Assembly (NCBI GenBank): GCA_002451275.1
Contig: DKBS01000028.1
Location: forward strand, 1 to 59,759
From: Planctomycetaceae bacterium UBA6894
GTDB lineage: Bacteria > Planctomycetota > Planctomycetia > Gemmatales > Gemmataceae
DNA: 59,759 bases
Direction: 5' to 3'
Each line of letters starts with the position of its first letter. Positions within the stretch are counted from its first letter, which is position 1. The notes beneath the pieces are model-generated. The model saw only the letters and a program-made list of their open reading frames with translations, had not been told where the DNA came from and did not search any database. Of this stretch, positions 48,528 through 57,993 are shown one piece after another. The position numbers were made by a program, and so were the translations under genes.

Positions 48528-50642
48528 CTAGGCGGCCTTTTTGGTTTTGTGGATATCAAACAGGCCGAAAATTTCGTCTTCAGAGAGCCCCATGCTGATG
48601 GGGGGGCCGTTCTGGGCGATGACTTCCTGGAACAGGGCGCGTTTCTGGTCAAGAACGAGGGCGATACGTTCCTCGATGGTGTTGACGCTGATATAGCGCG
48701 AGACGAACACCGTGGCTTTTTGGCCCAGGCGGTGGGCCCGGTTGATCGCCTGGTCCTCGATGGCAGGATTCCACCAGCGGTCGAACAGGAACACATAGTT
48801 GGTGTATTGCAGGTTGAGGCCCACCGAGCCGGTACCGTAGCTCATCAGGATGATCTTGTGGATCGGATCCGCCTTGAACTTGTCGAGTATCGGCTGGCGT
48901 TCGGGCTGGGGGATCTTGCCGTGGTACTGAACCGGATTGTGCTCGGCCAGAGCAGCCGCGATCGACTCGAGCGGCTCCACCCACTGTGAGAAGAGGATGG
49001 CCTTGTTGTTGGTGGAGGCGACCTCCTCCATGTCGGCGGTGAGCTGCTCCATCTTGGCGCTGGCGCCGGTGCGCGGGTCGAAATTGCAGATCTGCTTGAG
49101 GCGCATCACCAACTGGAACACATGCTGCACGGTGATGGTGTCGCCCAGCGAGTTGAGGTGGACGATGCCCTCCTTCTCGGCCTTGTCGTAGGTCTCGCGC
49201 TGCTCGGGTGAAAGCTCGAGATGGATGTCGCGGATGATGCGCGGCGGCATGTGGGTCGCCACCAGATCCTTGGTGCGGCGAATGATGTGGTCGCGCACGA
49301 TCTCGGACATCTGGCGCGGGTGCGCATCGGGCGGAATGAGCTTGGGATCGACGAAGGAGAAGATGCTGGTGAGATCTTCCACCCGATTCTCGATGGGGGT
49401 GCCGCTCATCGCCCAACTGCGGGATCGCTTGAGGGCCTTGGCGGCCTGCGCAGTCTTGCCGCCGGCGTTCTTGATGCGCTGGGCCTCGTCCAGCACCACC
49501 ACATCGAACTTCACATCGGGGTCGAGGATGACATCATGGTCGCGCGTGAGGATCTCATAGTTCACCACCTGCACCGGGCAGTTGGAGACCTTCCACATGG
49601 CGGTGCGGGTCTCGGTGTCACCCGAGAAGACCTCGAAGGCCAGGTCGGGGGCCCAGGTTCGCAACTCACGGGTCCAGTTGATGACCAGCGGTTTGGGACA
49701 GACCACCAGGGCCCGCTTCAGCATGCCGCTGCTGATGAGCAACCTGAGCGAAAGGATCACCTGCACGGTTTTGCCCAACCCCATCTCGTCGGCGATGAGG
49801 GCGGCGCTACGCGGCATGAGGAAGGCAATTCCCTGCAGCTGGTAGGGATACGGTTTGAAGGGCAGAGTGAGCCGGCCCTTGCCCAACATGCCCTCCAGGG
49901 GTGGTTGCAACAGGGTCAGCAGGCGGTCCTTCAGGCCCGCCATGGTTGCCGGGGGCTTCAACCGGGTGATGGTGTCGCCCACATCCACACCTTCTCCCCC
50001 CTCCGCGCCGGGGGGCAACAACGCATTTCCACCCACAGGCAGACCCATGACTGCCTCCTGGGTTCCAACCACCGGGTTTTCGCCGGCGGCCGTGGCGAAG
50101 TCGATCATTTCCTGGGTGGGCTGGGCCTCAGGCTCATCCGGAGCAGGCTCCACCTCTTCGGTGTTGGAAGCTGGGCAGGCTTGGCGGGATTTGCGGAGAT
50201 TGAGGTCTGGAGGCAGCGGAAAACGCCAACCCTGAGTCTGGATGCTGAAGTCGATGGCCCCGAGGGAGCGTACCCAGGGGGCATTGTTCAGCATGGGGAT
50301 GCTGCGCGCAGAAGGGGTGAGTGGGCGTTCCCAGGTGTTGACCCGGATCAGGCCGGGTTTCTCCAGCGGTGGAACCGCGTCGATGGCAGGGGTGGTGTCG
50401 CTGGAAAGCCCTAAATCGGGCGCACCGGGTCCGGCTGGGCTTTGGTACCGAGGTTCAACCTCGACCATCGACCCAGTGGCGGCGGGATCCAGCATGCGGT
50501 TTTCCTGGCTGGCCGGCAGGACGGATGTTTGCCCATCTGCCCAACCCGAAGGTTGGGACAACGGCATGAAAAACGCATCCGCCCGCATGCTGGGTGGATC
50601 GGCCCAAAAGGGTGGAAGGCTTGAAGCTATTGCGCCCGGCAC
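48528..50642 (-). CDS. SNF2-family helicase (RapA/HepA-like) with a low-complexity N-terminal extension
   Basis: 'PYQLQGIAFL', 'ADEMGLGKTVQ', 'VVLDEAQRIKN' and 'GSVGLNLQYTNYVFLFDRWWNPAIEDQAINRAHRLGQ'. The N-terminal start is uncertain: GTG at 50642, or ATG at 50588 or 50567. Confidence 0.85.
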   Translation of the reverse strand: MPGAIASSLPPFWADPPSMRADAFFMPLSQPSGWADGQTSVLPASQENRMLDPAATGSMVEVEPRYQSPAGPGAPDLGLSSDTTPAIDAVPPLEKPGLIRVNTWERPLTPSARSIPMLNNAPWVRSLGAIDFSIQTQGWRFPLPPDLNLRKSRQACPASNTEEVEPAPDEPEAQPTQEMIDFATAAGENPVVGTQEAVMGLPVGGNALLPPGAEGGEGVDVGDTITRLKPPATMAGLKDRLLTLLQPPLEGMLGKGRLTLPFKPYPYQLQGIAFLMPRSAALIADEMGLGKTVQVILSLRLLISSGMLKRALVVCPKPLVINWTRELRTWAPDLAFEVFSGDTETRTAMWKVSNCPVQVVNYEILTRDHDVILDPDVKFDVVVLDEAQRIKNAGGKTAQAAKALKRSRSWAMSGTPIENRVEDLTSIFSFVDPKLIPPDAHPRQMSEIVRDHIIRRTKDLVATHMPPRIIRDIHLELSPEQRETYDKAEKEGIVHLNSLGDTITVQHVFQLVMRLKQICNFDPRTGASAKMEQLTADMEEVASTNNKAILFSQWVEPLESIAAALAEHNPVQYHGKIPQPERQPILDKFKADPIHKIILMSYGTGSVGLNLQYTNYVFLFDRWWNPAIEDQAINRAHRLGQKATVFVSRYISVNTIEERIALVLDQKRALFQEVIAQNGPPISMGLSEDEIFGLFDIHKTKKAA

Positions 50643-50779
50643 GGGTTACCCTAGCTTGAAACTGGATGGGATGGCGCAATCCCTGCTGGCGGCGATGGTC
50701 TGGCCGGTTCTAACGGCCCTGTCGGCCGAACAATTTATCCATTTTCCTGAAATAACGGCGACGAGAGTCTTCTCCTTCC

Positions 50780-51367
50780 ATGCAGCCCATCATTCCCGGG
50801 GAATCTGTCAGTGCCGACGGGGTGGGGGACGCCCAGACCTGGGCATCCTTTGACACCCCCGCCTATGTGCGGCGCGGCCTGACGGTGGAGGTGGAATGGC
50901 GATCGCTGTGCGACAAGCTGCAACACACCTGGAACGAATGGACCGTCCCGGTGGGCAGGCTCTGCTCGCAATTGCGCCACCAAGCCGAAGGGTGGGAACC
51001 ATTCAGGCCCTGGCTGGCCACGGAGGAGGATCTGGACCGTCTTCGCCGGCTGGACGCACGATTGAATCAACGTTTGAAATACCCGCCGGCCAAGGCGACC
51101 TGGCTATGGACACTGAAGGGGCCGCTCAAGCGATTGGCGCGGATGGTTCCCGCCTTCAACGAGGTCTGGGGCAGGCATCTGGCCACCCTGGACCTGGGCC
51201 CTTTGAACCGGGCCCGGGAACAGTACAACCGCTGGTACCTGCTGGAGAAGGAATGCGCGATGCGTTCCACCCGCTCCGCCACGGGAGGTTTTGAAACTAT
51301 CCCATCGGCCACTGTGGCGGACCTGGCGGCGGCATTTCCACCGTTGCCGGTTTTTTCCCTCAGGTAG
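50780..51367 (+). CDS. Hypothetical protein
   Basis: 195-aa ATG-initiated ORF, divergent from the SNF2 gene. I recognised no motifs. Its 3' end overlaps the convergent RND gene by 8 nt. Confidence 0.4.
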   Translation: MQPIIPGESVSADGVGDAQTWASFDTPAYVRRGLTVEVEWRSLCDKLQHTWNEWTVPVGRLCSQLRHQAEGWEPFRPWLATEEDLDRLRRLDARLNQRLKYPPAKATWLWTLKGPLKRLARMVPAFNEVWGRHLATLDLGPLNRAREQYNRWYLLEKECAMRSTRSATGGFETIPSATVADLAAAFPPLPVFSLR

Positions 51368-54300
51368 GTTTCGGAACGACCACGGGCTCGGAGGACAATC
51401 GGTCTGCGACCTGCTCCGTTTGACCCCAGCGGATCCATCCCAAGTCCTCGACAAAAATCACATAAAGAACCGGCACCACCACCTTGGTCACCAGCGTGGC
51501 CAAAAGGAGGCCAATGATCTGCACATAACACAGGGGCTCCCAAAGCGGACCGCCCTTGATGGCCAGAGGAATCAGGCCGCCCACGGTAGCCAGCACCGTG
51601 ACCAGGACGGGCCTGAGGCGCACCAACGCCGCATCGATCACCGCCCGGCGGAGCGACTCGCCGCGCTCGTTCGCCTCCTCGATGTATTCGAACAGCACGA
51701 TCACATGGCTGATGATCACCCCGGCCAGGGAGGAAAGGCCCAGCAGCGCGAAGAAGCCCAGCGGCGTGTTCGACACCAGCAGGCCCATGAGCCCGCCCAC
51801 CATGCCAAAGGGCACCGCCGCGAAAATCACCATCGGCTTCATCAGGCTGTTGAACTGCAACACCAGGGCGAGGTAAATGGCCAGGATGGATGTGACCATG
51901 GCGATGCTCATGGAGGCAAAACCTTTTTCCTGTTCTTCCTTCTCCCCGCCGAAACCGTAGTGGAATCCGGCCGGCCAGGATTTGGACAGCGTCTTCAGCC
52001 TCGCATCCAGGAATTCAACCGCCTTGCTGGGCAGAACTCCGGGCACCGTGTCACATTTCACCGTGATACAGCGTTCGTGATCACGCCTGGCTATTTTCGG
52101 TGCGACCGCCTCGGGACTGAAACGGGCCACCTGGTCCAGGGGCACGCGCTGGCCCTCATAGTGCGTCGGCACCTTCAGGGTTCGCAGGGCGTCGAAACGG
52201 CTGCGCTCATCCGGCCTGAGCTTGAATGTGACCGGAATCAACCGGTCCCGTTCCCGGATCCAGGTGGCGGGCGAACCAGAGAGGGCCGCGTTCATCAGTT
52301 CGGCCACCGCCTGGTTGGTCACGCCGGACAGGCTGGCCTTTTGCGGGTCCACCTGCAGGCCGAGCTGGAGAACTTCGGGCTCCCAGTCATCGGAAATATC
52401 CGTTGTGCCCGAAAAATCCCGCATGAGCGCCTTGCTTTCCTCGGCCAGTCTGCGAAGGGTGGCGATATCCGGCCCCATGATCCGCAACTGGACCGGGATT
52501 CCGATGGGCGGCCCCGATTCCAATTGATTCACCCGGACGCGGGCCTCGGCGATCCGGGACGGCAATTCCCGTTTCAGCCTGTCCGCCAGGGCGATGGTGC
52601 GGTGGCGATCGGTCGTGTGCACGAGGATCTGGGCGTAGTTTGACGCCGGCTGCTCGGGAACGATCGAGATCCAGAAGCGGGGTCCGCCGGCACCCACAAA
52701 GGTGGTGTAGGCTTCCACCTCCGCACCCAGGATCGAGTCCGTCACGTAGATGGCCCGCATCGCCTGTTCCCTCGTTTGGGCAATCGAGGCGCCTTCAGCC
52801 AGGAACAGGTCGATCGTGAAAGCTGAATGCAGATCCTTGGGGAAGAAGTTGGTGCCGATCATCGGGATCAGGCTCATGGCGGTTGCCAGAAAGATAAGGC
52901 AGGCCGCCAGCGAAATCCATTTGTGGCGCATGCAGATTTCCGAGAACCCGTTGTACACGCGGGCGAAGCGCGAGCCCCGGCCCCCACCCTCTGCCAGACT
53001 GGCCTCCATGCCAGCCTGGCCCTTCAGCAGGTAGTACCCCAGGAGTGGAATGAAGGTCATGGAAACGATGCGGCTGGCCACCAGGGATGCCGTGACCACG
53101 ACAGGCAACGAGTAAATGAATTCGCCCACCACCCCGCTGACCATCAGGAGGGGAAGGAACGCGACACAGTTGGTGATCGTGGCGAAGAGGATGGCACGCG
53201 ACAGTTTCTGCGGTCCAAGCCAGGCGGCAACATCCCGTTTTTCACCCATCGCCAGTTCCCGGTTGATCGCATCCCCGGCCACCACCGGGTCATCCACCAG
53301 CAGGCCCAGGGCGATGATCAGCGCGGCGATGGAAATCTGCTGCAGGTCGATAGCGATGAGGGAGCAGAAGCCCAGCGTCATGGCCAAGGTGATGGGGATG
53401 GACAGGGCGACGATGAGGGCGCTGCGCCATTCCATGAAAACCAGCGCCACCCCCACCACGATGACGATGGCCTCGAGGAGGCAATCATTGAACTCGCGGA
53501 TTTTCAACCGCACCCGCTCGGGTTCGTCGCTGGTACGCTCGAGCCGCAGATCGGCTGGCAGAACCCCCTTGAGGGAGGCGATCGCCGCGTCCACATCCCT
53601 GGAAAAATCAGCGATCTGCGTGCCCTCCACATGGCGGACGGCCAGGGTGATGGCGCGCGTGGTCCAGAGTTCCGTGGGCCCTCCACTGCCTGCTCCTGTT
53701 TGGGCGACCACTGGTTCGGGCAACCCGGCCAGACCATCGGGCAGGCGGGTGGGGGAGTCGCCAGCGGGGGCCTTGATCGTGCGGAAATTCAGAGAGCGGG
53801 GCGGATCCTGGTAGCCCCTGACAATTTCCACATGGTCCCGCAGGTAGATGGGATACCCGTCCCCCTGGTTGACCACCATGTCCCTGATTTCATCGAGGCG
53901 GGCGAGCTTGCCGGTGGGTTTCACATTCACCCGCTGGGCGGGGAGTTCAAAGGTACCCCCCGGGGTGTCAATATTCCGTTGGGCCAGCAACCGGCCCAAC
54001 GACTGCAAATCCAGGTTGGTGGCACCCGAGCGGTGGCCGCTCATGAAGAGGTAGATGGCCTCGTCTACCACGCCCATTTGGTCGATCTTGCCCACCTTGG
54101 GGGACTGACGCAGTCGGTCCTGCAGCAGATCGGCGTACTGGCGCAGTTCCTCATAGCTGTACCGCGCGATGCCCCCGGGCTGGCGCTGGCACTGGCTCCG
54201 GAGGATTCCGGGCAGATCATCCAGGTCACCCACGACCACACCGGGCCAGATGTCGGGATGTCCCAATCCCGACCCGATGTAGTCGTTCTGCCAGCGACCC

Positions 54301-55067
54301 ATCTCCCGCTGCAATCGATCGATGGTATTGCCCGGCTTGATCCGGAAGTCGATCAGGCCAACGCCCAAAAGGCTGGAGTATTGGCCGTCCTCAATGATGC
54401 CCTGCTGCTCCAGGCGCAAAAGCGCCGAGCGCCCCAATCGCTCCACCAGCCCCGGATCAATCGCCACCGGATGAACCAGGATGCCGGTGTGGCGGTTGTC
54501 CCGCAAGGTCGCGGGCCTCTTGGCCCTTTCCTCCCTCAGCTTGGCTGCTATCACCTCGGACCGGCGATCCAGCTCAAAATCCGAGACAGGCGGGCTGCTC
54601 AGGGTGAGCAGTACCGCAACCGTGTCCCCGAAATCCTTGTCCAGGCGGGGGCGCAACGGCCTGCCTTCGGCGGTGGGCAGGTCGTTCATCGCGGACAGCT
54701 TGTTGTCCAGGTCCTGCCAGACTTGTTCGGCGTTCTTGATGGTGTCATACAGGTCGACGAAGACGATCGACAGGCCCTGCCGGCTGACGGAACGCACATG
54801 CTCCACCGCCGGGTTCTCGCTCAGCTTTTTCTCGATTTTCCGCGTGAGTTCCTGCTCCACCTCCAGCGAGGTCGCTCCGGGGTAGTCGGTAAGGACCAGC
54901 CCATTGCGGATCTGGATCAGCGGGTCCTGCCGCTGCGGCATGGAACGGTAGGCGAACACTCCCCACACCAGCGTGGCCACCAGCAAGGTCCACGCGATGG
55001 GGCGCTTGTAGACGAAGTACTGGGAAGTAGTCAGGGATTCGCGCATGGGTGTTGGCCCGTCTTTCAC
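51360..55067 (-). CDS. RND efflux transporter permease (AcrB/HAE-like), unusually long at 1235 aa
   Basis: The N-terminus 'FVYKRPIAWTLLVATLVWG' and the TM blocks 'LIVALSIPITLAMTLG' and 'ALLGLSSLAGVIISHVIVLFE' fit the family. The GTG start overlaps the stop of the upstream adaptor gene as GTGA. Confidence 0.85.
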   Translation of the reverse strand: MKDGPTPMRESLTTSQYFVYKRPIAWTLLVATLVWGVFAYRSMPQRQDPLIQIRNGLVLTDYPGATSLEVEQELTRKIEKKLSENPAVEHVRSVSRQGLSIVFVDLYDTIKNAEQVWQDLDNKLSAMNDLPTAEGRPLRPRLDKDFGDTVAVLLTLSSPPVSDFELDRRSEVIAAKLREERAKRPATLRDNRHTGILVHPVAIDPGLVERLGRSALLRLEQQGIIEDGQYSSLLGVGLIDFRIKPGNTIDRLQREMGRWQNDYIGSGLGHPDIWPGVVVGDLDDLPGILRSQCQRQPGGIARYSYEELRQYADLLQDRLRQSPKVGKIDQMGVVDEAIYLFMSGHRSGATNLDLQSLGRLLAQRNIDTPGGTFELPAQRVNVKPTGKLARLDEIRDMVVNQGDGYPIYLRDHVEIVRGYQDPPRSLNFRTIKAPAGDSPTRLPDGLAGLPEPVVAQTGAGSGGPTELWTTRAITLAVRHVEGTQIADFSRDVDAAIASLKGVLPADLRLERTSDEPERVRLKIREFNDCLLEAIVIVVGVALVFMEWRSALIVALSIPITLAMTLGFCSLIAIDLQQISIAALIIALGLLVDDPVVAGDAINRELAMGEKRDVAAWLGPQKLSRAILFATITNCVAFLPLLMVSGVVGEFIYSLPVVVTASLVASRIVSMTFIPLLGYYLLKGQAGMEASLAEGGGRGSRFARVYNGFSEICMRHKWISLAACLIFLATAMSLIPMIGTNFFPKDLHSAFTIDLFLAEGASIAQTREQAMRAIYVTDSILGAEVEAYTTFVGAGGPRFWISIVPEQPASNYAQILVHTTDRHRTIALADRLKRELPSRIAEARVRVNQLESGPPIGIPVQLRIMGPDIATLRRLAEESKALMRDFSGTTDISDDWEPEVLQLGLQVDPQKASLSGVTNQAVAELMNAALSGSPATWIRERDRLIPVTFKLRPDERSRFDALRTLKVPTHYEGQRVPLDQVARFSPEAVAPKIARRDHERCITVKCDTVPGVLPSKAVEFLDARLKTLSKSWPAGFHYGFGGEKEEQEKGFASMSIAMVTSILAIYLALVLQFNSLMKPMVIFAAVPFGMVGGLMGLLVSNTPLGFFALLGLSSLAGVIISHVIVLFEYIEEANERGESLRRAVIDAALVRLRPVLVTVLATVGGLIPLAIKGGPLWEPLCYVQIIGLLLATLVTKVVVPVLYVIFVEDLGWIRWGQTEQVADRLSSEPVVVPKPT

Positions 55068-56329
55068 GGCTCGACCTGGACAGCCTGGCCATCATGCAGG
55101 CGGTGGGTGCCGGTGGACACCACACGGTCACCCGGTTTCAGCAAGGTCGTGGCGTCGAGGCGGACCGCCACACGATTATCAAGCACATTGTCGAATCGGA
55201 CCGGAACCGACTCCGCAATGGACTTGCCGTCGCGTTCCACCACGCGAAACACCTGGTAGGTCGCCTCGCGCGCAGCCGGCACCACCGCGGTGAGCGGCAA
55301 CAGGTAGGAATTCACCTCCTTGCGGAACTCCACCGTGGCGATCATGCCCGGTTTCAAACCCGGCTGGTTGTCCACCCGCACCTCGATGGGGTAGGTGCGG
55401 GTTTGCTGGTCGGCGGCGGACGCGATCTTGTGCACGATGGCCTGGAAACGACTGCCAGGCAGCGCGTCGCAGAAGACATCGACGGTTTGGCCCAAGCGCA
55501 ACGCGCCCACCAGGGTGTCGGGAACCCCGAAACCGATCACCACGCTGGATAGGTCAAGAAGCAGGAATGACTTCTGGTTGGCGGTCACCCGCTGGCCGAC
55601 ATCGACAAAACGGGCAGCCACCGTGCCCTGCCGAAACGGCGACTTGAGCGTGCAGTAGGCGATGTTCGCCTCGGCCTGAGCCAAGGCGATGCGCGCAGAT
55701 TCCCTATCTCGCTTGGCGCCGGCTACGGCCAGGGCGGTGGAAACCTGTTTGGTCTTGGCGGTATCCAGATTGGAGATGCTGGTCGCGTTGCTTTTCCACA
55801 GTTGCTCCACCCGCCGGAATTCGAGCAACGCCAGCGACGCCTCGGACTCCAGTTGCGCCAAGTAAGCCTCGGCGGTGGCCACTTTTTCGGCGGCCACATT
55901 GCGGTCACGCACATAATCGGCGGTGTCGAGACTGGCCAGAATCGTTTCCGGGGTGACCAGGTCCCCCTCATGGATGGCATGTTCCTTGCCATCAGGCCCT
56001 ACCACCCGGTGCAGTCCGGTGATGGTTCCCCCCACCCGGAAAGAGAGTTCCGCTTTCTCCAACTCCTTGACCGGGCCGCTGTAGGTGAGCGCGGAGGAAA
56101 CCGTTTCAGAAACCAGCGGCTGAACCCGCACGGTCAGCGGCGGCGCCTCGGAGGGCTTCGGGGCTAAGGACAAGGCACGGTGGTACAGCAGCGAACGGAA
56201 GCCCAGTGCCAGGGCGCCGATGCCTATCAAAACCAACGCGGCCACGAGCCTATACTTCCATTTCCCCGGTTTTCCAAGGGAAGGGGAGGCTCCATCACCC
56301 GCCGGCAAAGCCCGCGTCCCTGGATTCAT
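55064..56329 (-). CDS. RND efflux periplasmic adaptor (MFP/HlyD family)
   Basis: The N-terminal TM 'LVAALVLIGIGALALG' is followed by coiled-coil and beta-barrel type sequence, for example 'YCTLKSPFRQGTVAARFVDVGQRV'. The start at ATG 56329 is tentative and overlaps the tetR 3' end. Confidence 0.8.
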   Translation of the reverse strand: MNPGTRALPAGDGASPSLGKPGKWKYRLVAALVLIGIGALALGFRSLLYHRALSLAPKPSEAPPLTVRVQPLVSETVSSALTYSGPVKELEKAELSFRVGGTITGLHRVVGPDGKEHAIHEGDLVTPETILASLDTADYVRDRNVAAEKVATAEAYLAQLESEASLALLEFRRVEQLWKSNATSISNLDTAKTKQVSTALAVAGAKRDRESARIALAQAEANIAYCTLKSPFRQGTVAARFVDVGQRVTANQKSFLLLDLSSVVIGFGVPDTLVGALRLGQTVDVFCDALPGSRFQAIVHKIASAADQQTRTYPIEVRVDNQPGLKPGMIATVEFRKEVNSYLLPLTAVVPAAREATYQVFRVVERDGKSIAESVPVRFDNVLDNRVAVRLDATTLLKPGDRVVSTGTHRLHDGQAVQVEP

Positions 56330-57035
56330 GGGGAAATATCTCCTGGCAGACCCGTTGGAAGGTCTGGTCATAGTCCCACTCCCCGCGCAGCGGACGCCAA
56401 CGCAGACCATCCAACATGGTCTGCATGTTGTCCCGCAGGGACTCGAATGGCTCGGACACCCGCATCTCCTTCAGAAGGTGCGGAAAATTCAGCATGGCCC
56501 AGTGACTGCCTATGACCATGGAATACAGGGAGAAAACCACCCCGCCGACCGATTGGCCCCTTTCCAGGACCAGATCCTTCCCGGCGACCGCGATTTCCAC
56601 GATTTCCATGACCCAGCGGATGATGCAGCGATCCTGCTCAAGCAGGGTTTCCCGACGCTTTTCGGAGGCCCTGGCATCGAGATCGGCCCAGCGAATCACC
56701 TGTTCCGAACGGAAATGATGGGGCTGGAGCCTGGCGAAAAGGTTGTCGGCAATGGCAAAGGCCAGCATGCGCTCGCGGGTGCGCCCCTGAAATTGGCGGG
56801 CCCGTTCAAACAACCCCAAACGCTGGCCACAGCTTTCGATCAACAGGGCCGCGACGAGGTCTTCCTTGGAAGAGAAATGCTGGTAGACGGTGCCTTTGGA
56901 ATACTCGGTCACCTCGGCCAGGCGATCCATTCCCAAGCCGGCGTAGCCGTGTTCGATGAGCATTTCCCGGGCCACACCCAGGAGCTTCCGTTCCCGCTCT
57001 TCGATTTCCCGCTGTTTGCGGGTCATTGTGCCCAT
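56295..57035 (-). CDS. TetR/AcrR-family transcriptional regulator
   Basis: The N-terminal HTH 'AREMLIEHGYAGLGMDRLAEVTEYSKGTVYQHFSSKEDL' is TetR-type. It is the first gene of the tetR-MFP-RND string. Confidence 0.85.
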   Translation of the reverse strand: MGTMTRKQREIEERERKLLGVAREMLIEHGYAGLGMDRLAEVTEYSKGTVYQHFSSKEDLVAALLIESCGQRLGLFERARQFQGRTRERMLAFAIADNLFARLQPHHFRSEQVIRWADLDARASEKRRETLLEQDRCIIRWVMEIVEIAVAGKDLVLERGQSVGGVVFSLYSMVIGSHWAMLNFPHLLKEMRVSEPFESLRDNMQTMLDGLRWRPLRGEWDYDQTFQRVCQEIFPHESRDAGFAGG

Positions 57036-57041
57036 GCGTCG

Positions 57042-57064
57042 ATTTTTGACGATTCGTCAAAAAT
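57042..57064. promoter_or_regulatory. 23-bp perfect palindrome, candidate TetR operator
   Basis: ATTTTTGACGA-T-TCGTCAAAAAT has 11-bp arms that are exact reverse complements. It begins 7 nt upstream of the tetR ATG at 57035. Confidence 0.6.
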
Positions 57065-57117
57065 GTCAATATGGCTACTTTTTTGGAAATACAGGCACCG
57101 TGGGAGAGAAGGGAGAA

Positions 57118-57963
57118 TCAGCCGAGCAATTTTCGGTAATTGTCCATCCCGTGGGCGGCGATCCCGCCCACTACCGAATTCCAGATGTTGTCCATCAACG
57201 AGATGCTCAGCGCTTTCTCCACCGCATCCTTCGCCATGTTTTTCACCAGGGAATCGGTGGGATTTTCGGCTCCGGTGTCGAGCAGCCGCTCCTCCTCGCA
57301 ATGGACAAACTCGTTAGCCAGAAGGCTGTACATGGGCAGGCGGGGAACCGGGTCAGGCTGGTTGGTGTAGCGGAACAGCTTACCCTTGAAATCGCGATTG
57401 AACGCATCGATCGCAATCTGGTTGCCGATCATGGGTGCGCCGAATGTGTAAATCTGGTGCACATTGATCATTTTACGAGTGAACAGCCACGCCGCGAATA
57501 GAGCCAGCGCACCACCCAGGCTGTGGCCGGTCACCCACAAGGGACGTTCGGCCTTGGCCATCTCCTCCTCCACCCCCGACAGCACTGGTGGCCAGATTTC
57601 GCCGATGGCCGCAACAAACCCCTGGTGGAAACGGGCTCCCACACCTGCGGCGGCTAGATCGGTGCCCAGCCTCCCCTCGGGCACCACCAGCAAGTTCATC
57701 GCGTTGGTGAGCAGCCAGTCCTTCAGTCCCTCGATGCCGGTAGGCTTTTCCGTGCCGCGGAATGCCACCACGATGTGGTCGTCATTCGTGGCGATCCAAG
57801 CCTGGGTGTTACCCACGCTGGCCAGCCGGCCGGCCAATCCCAACTCGTCACGGAACTTGCTCTCGCCCTCAGCCTGGGAGTAGTAGGCCAAATCGGCCGC
57901 CGCCGCCAAAAAACGGGCGTTGCGGGGATCACCCATCGCGTCTTCGAAAAGTTGCAGGGGCAT
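57118..57963 (-). CDS. Class-3 lipase family protein
   Basis: 'HIVVAFRGTE' and the nucleophile elbow 'WVTGHSLGGALA', followed by 'DPVPRLP'. There is no obvious signal peptide. The start is the ATG at 57963. Confidence 0.8.
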   Translation of the reverse strand: MPLQLFEDAMGDPRNARFLAAAADLAYYSQAEGESKFRDELGLAGRLASVGNTQAWIATNDDHIVVAFRGTEKPTGIEGLKDWLLTNAMNLLVVPEGRLGTDLAAAGVGARFHQGFVAAIGEIWPPVLSGVEEEMAKAERPLWVTGHSLGGALALFAAWLFTRKMINVHQIYTFGAPMIGNQIAIDAFNRDFKGKLFRYTNQPDPVPRLPMYSLLANEFVHCEEERLLDTGAENPTDSLVKNMAKDAVEKALSISLMDNIWNSVVGGIAAHGMDNYRKLLG

Positions 57964-57993
57964 GGAGGCTTCTCCTGGACAGGCTTCCACCAA

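Noticed and set aside
48528-51367. SNF2 helicase plus an adjacent hypothetical gene as a phage-defence system (DISARM/BREX-type)
   Set aside because: There is no methyltransferase, DUF1998, PLD-nuclease, PglZ or other partner nearby. The neighbours are pfp and an efflux operon, and the hypothetical gene is divergently oriented.
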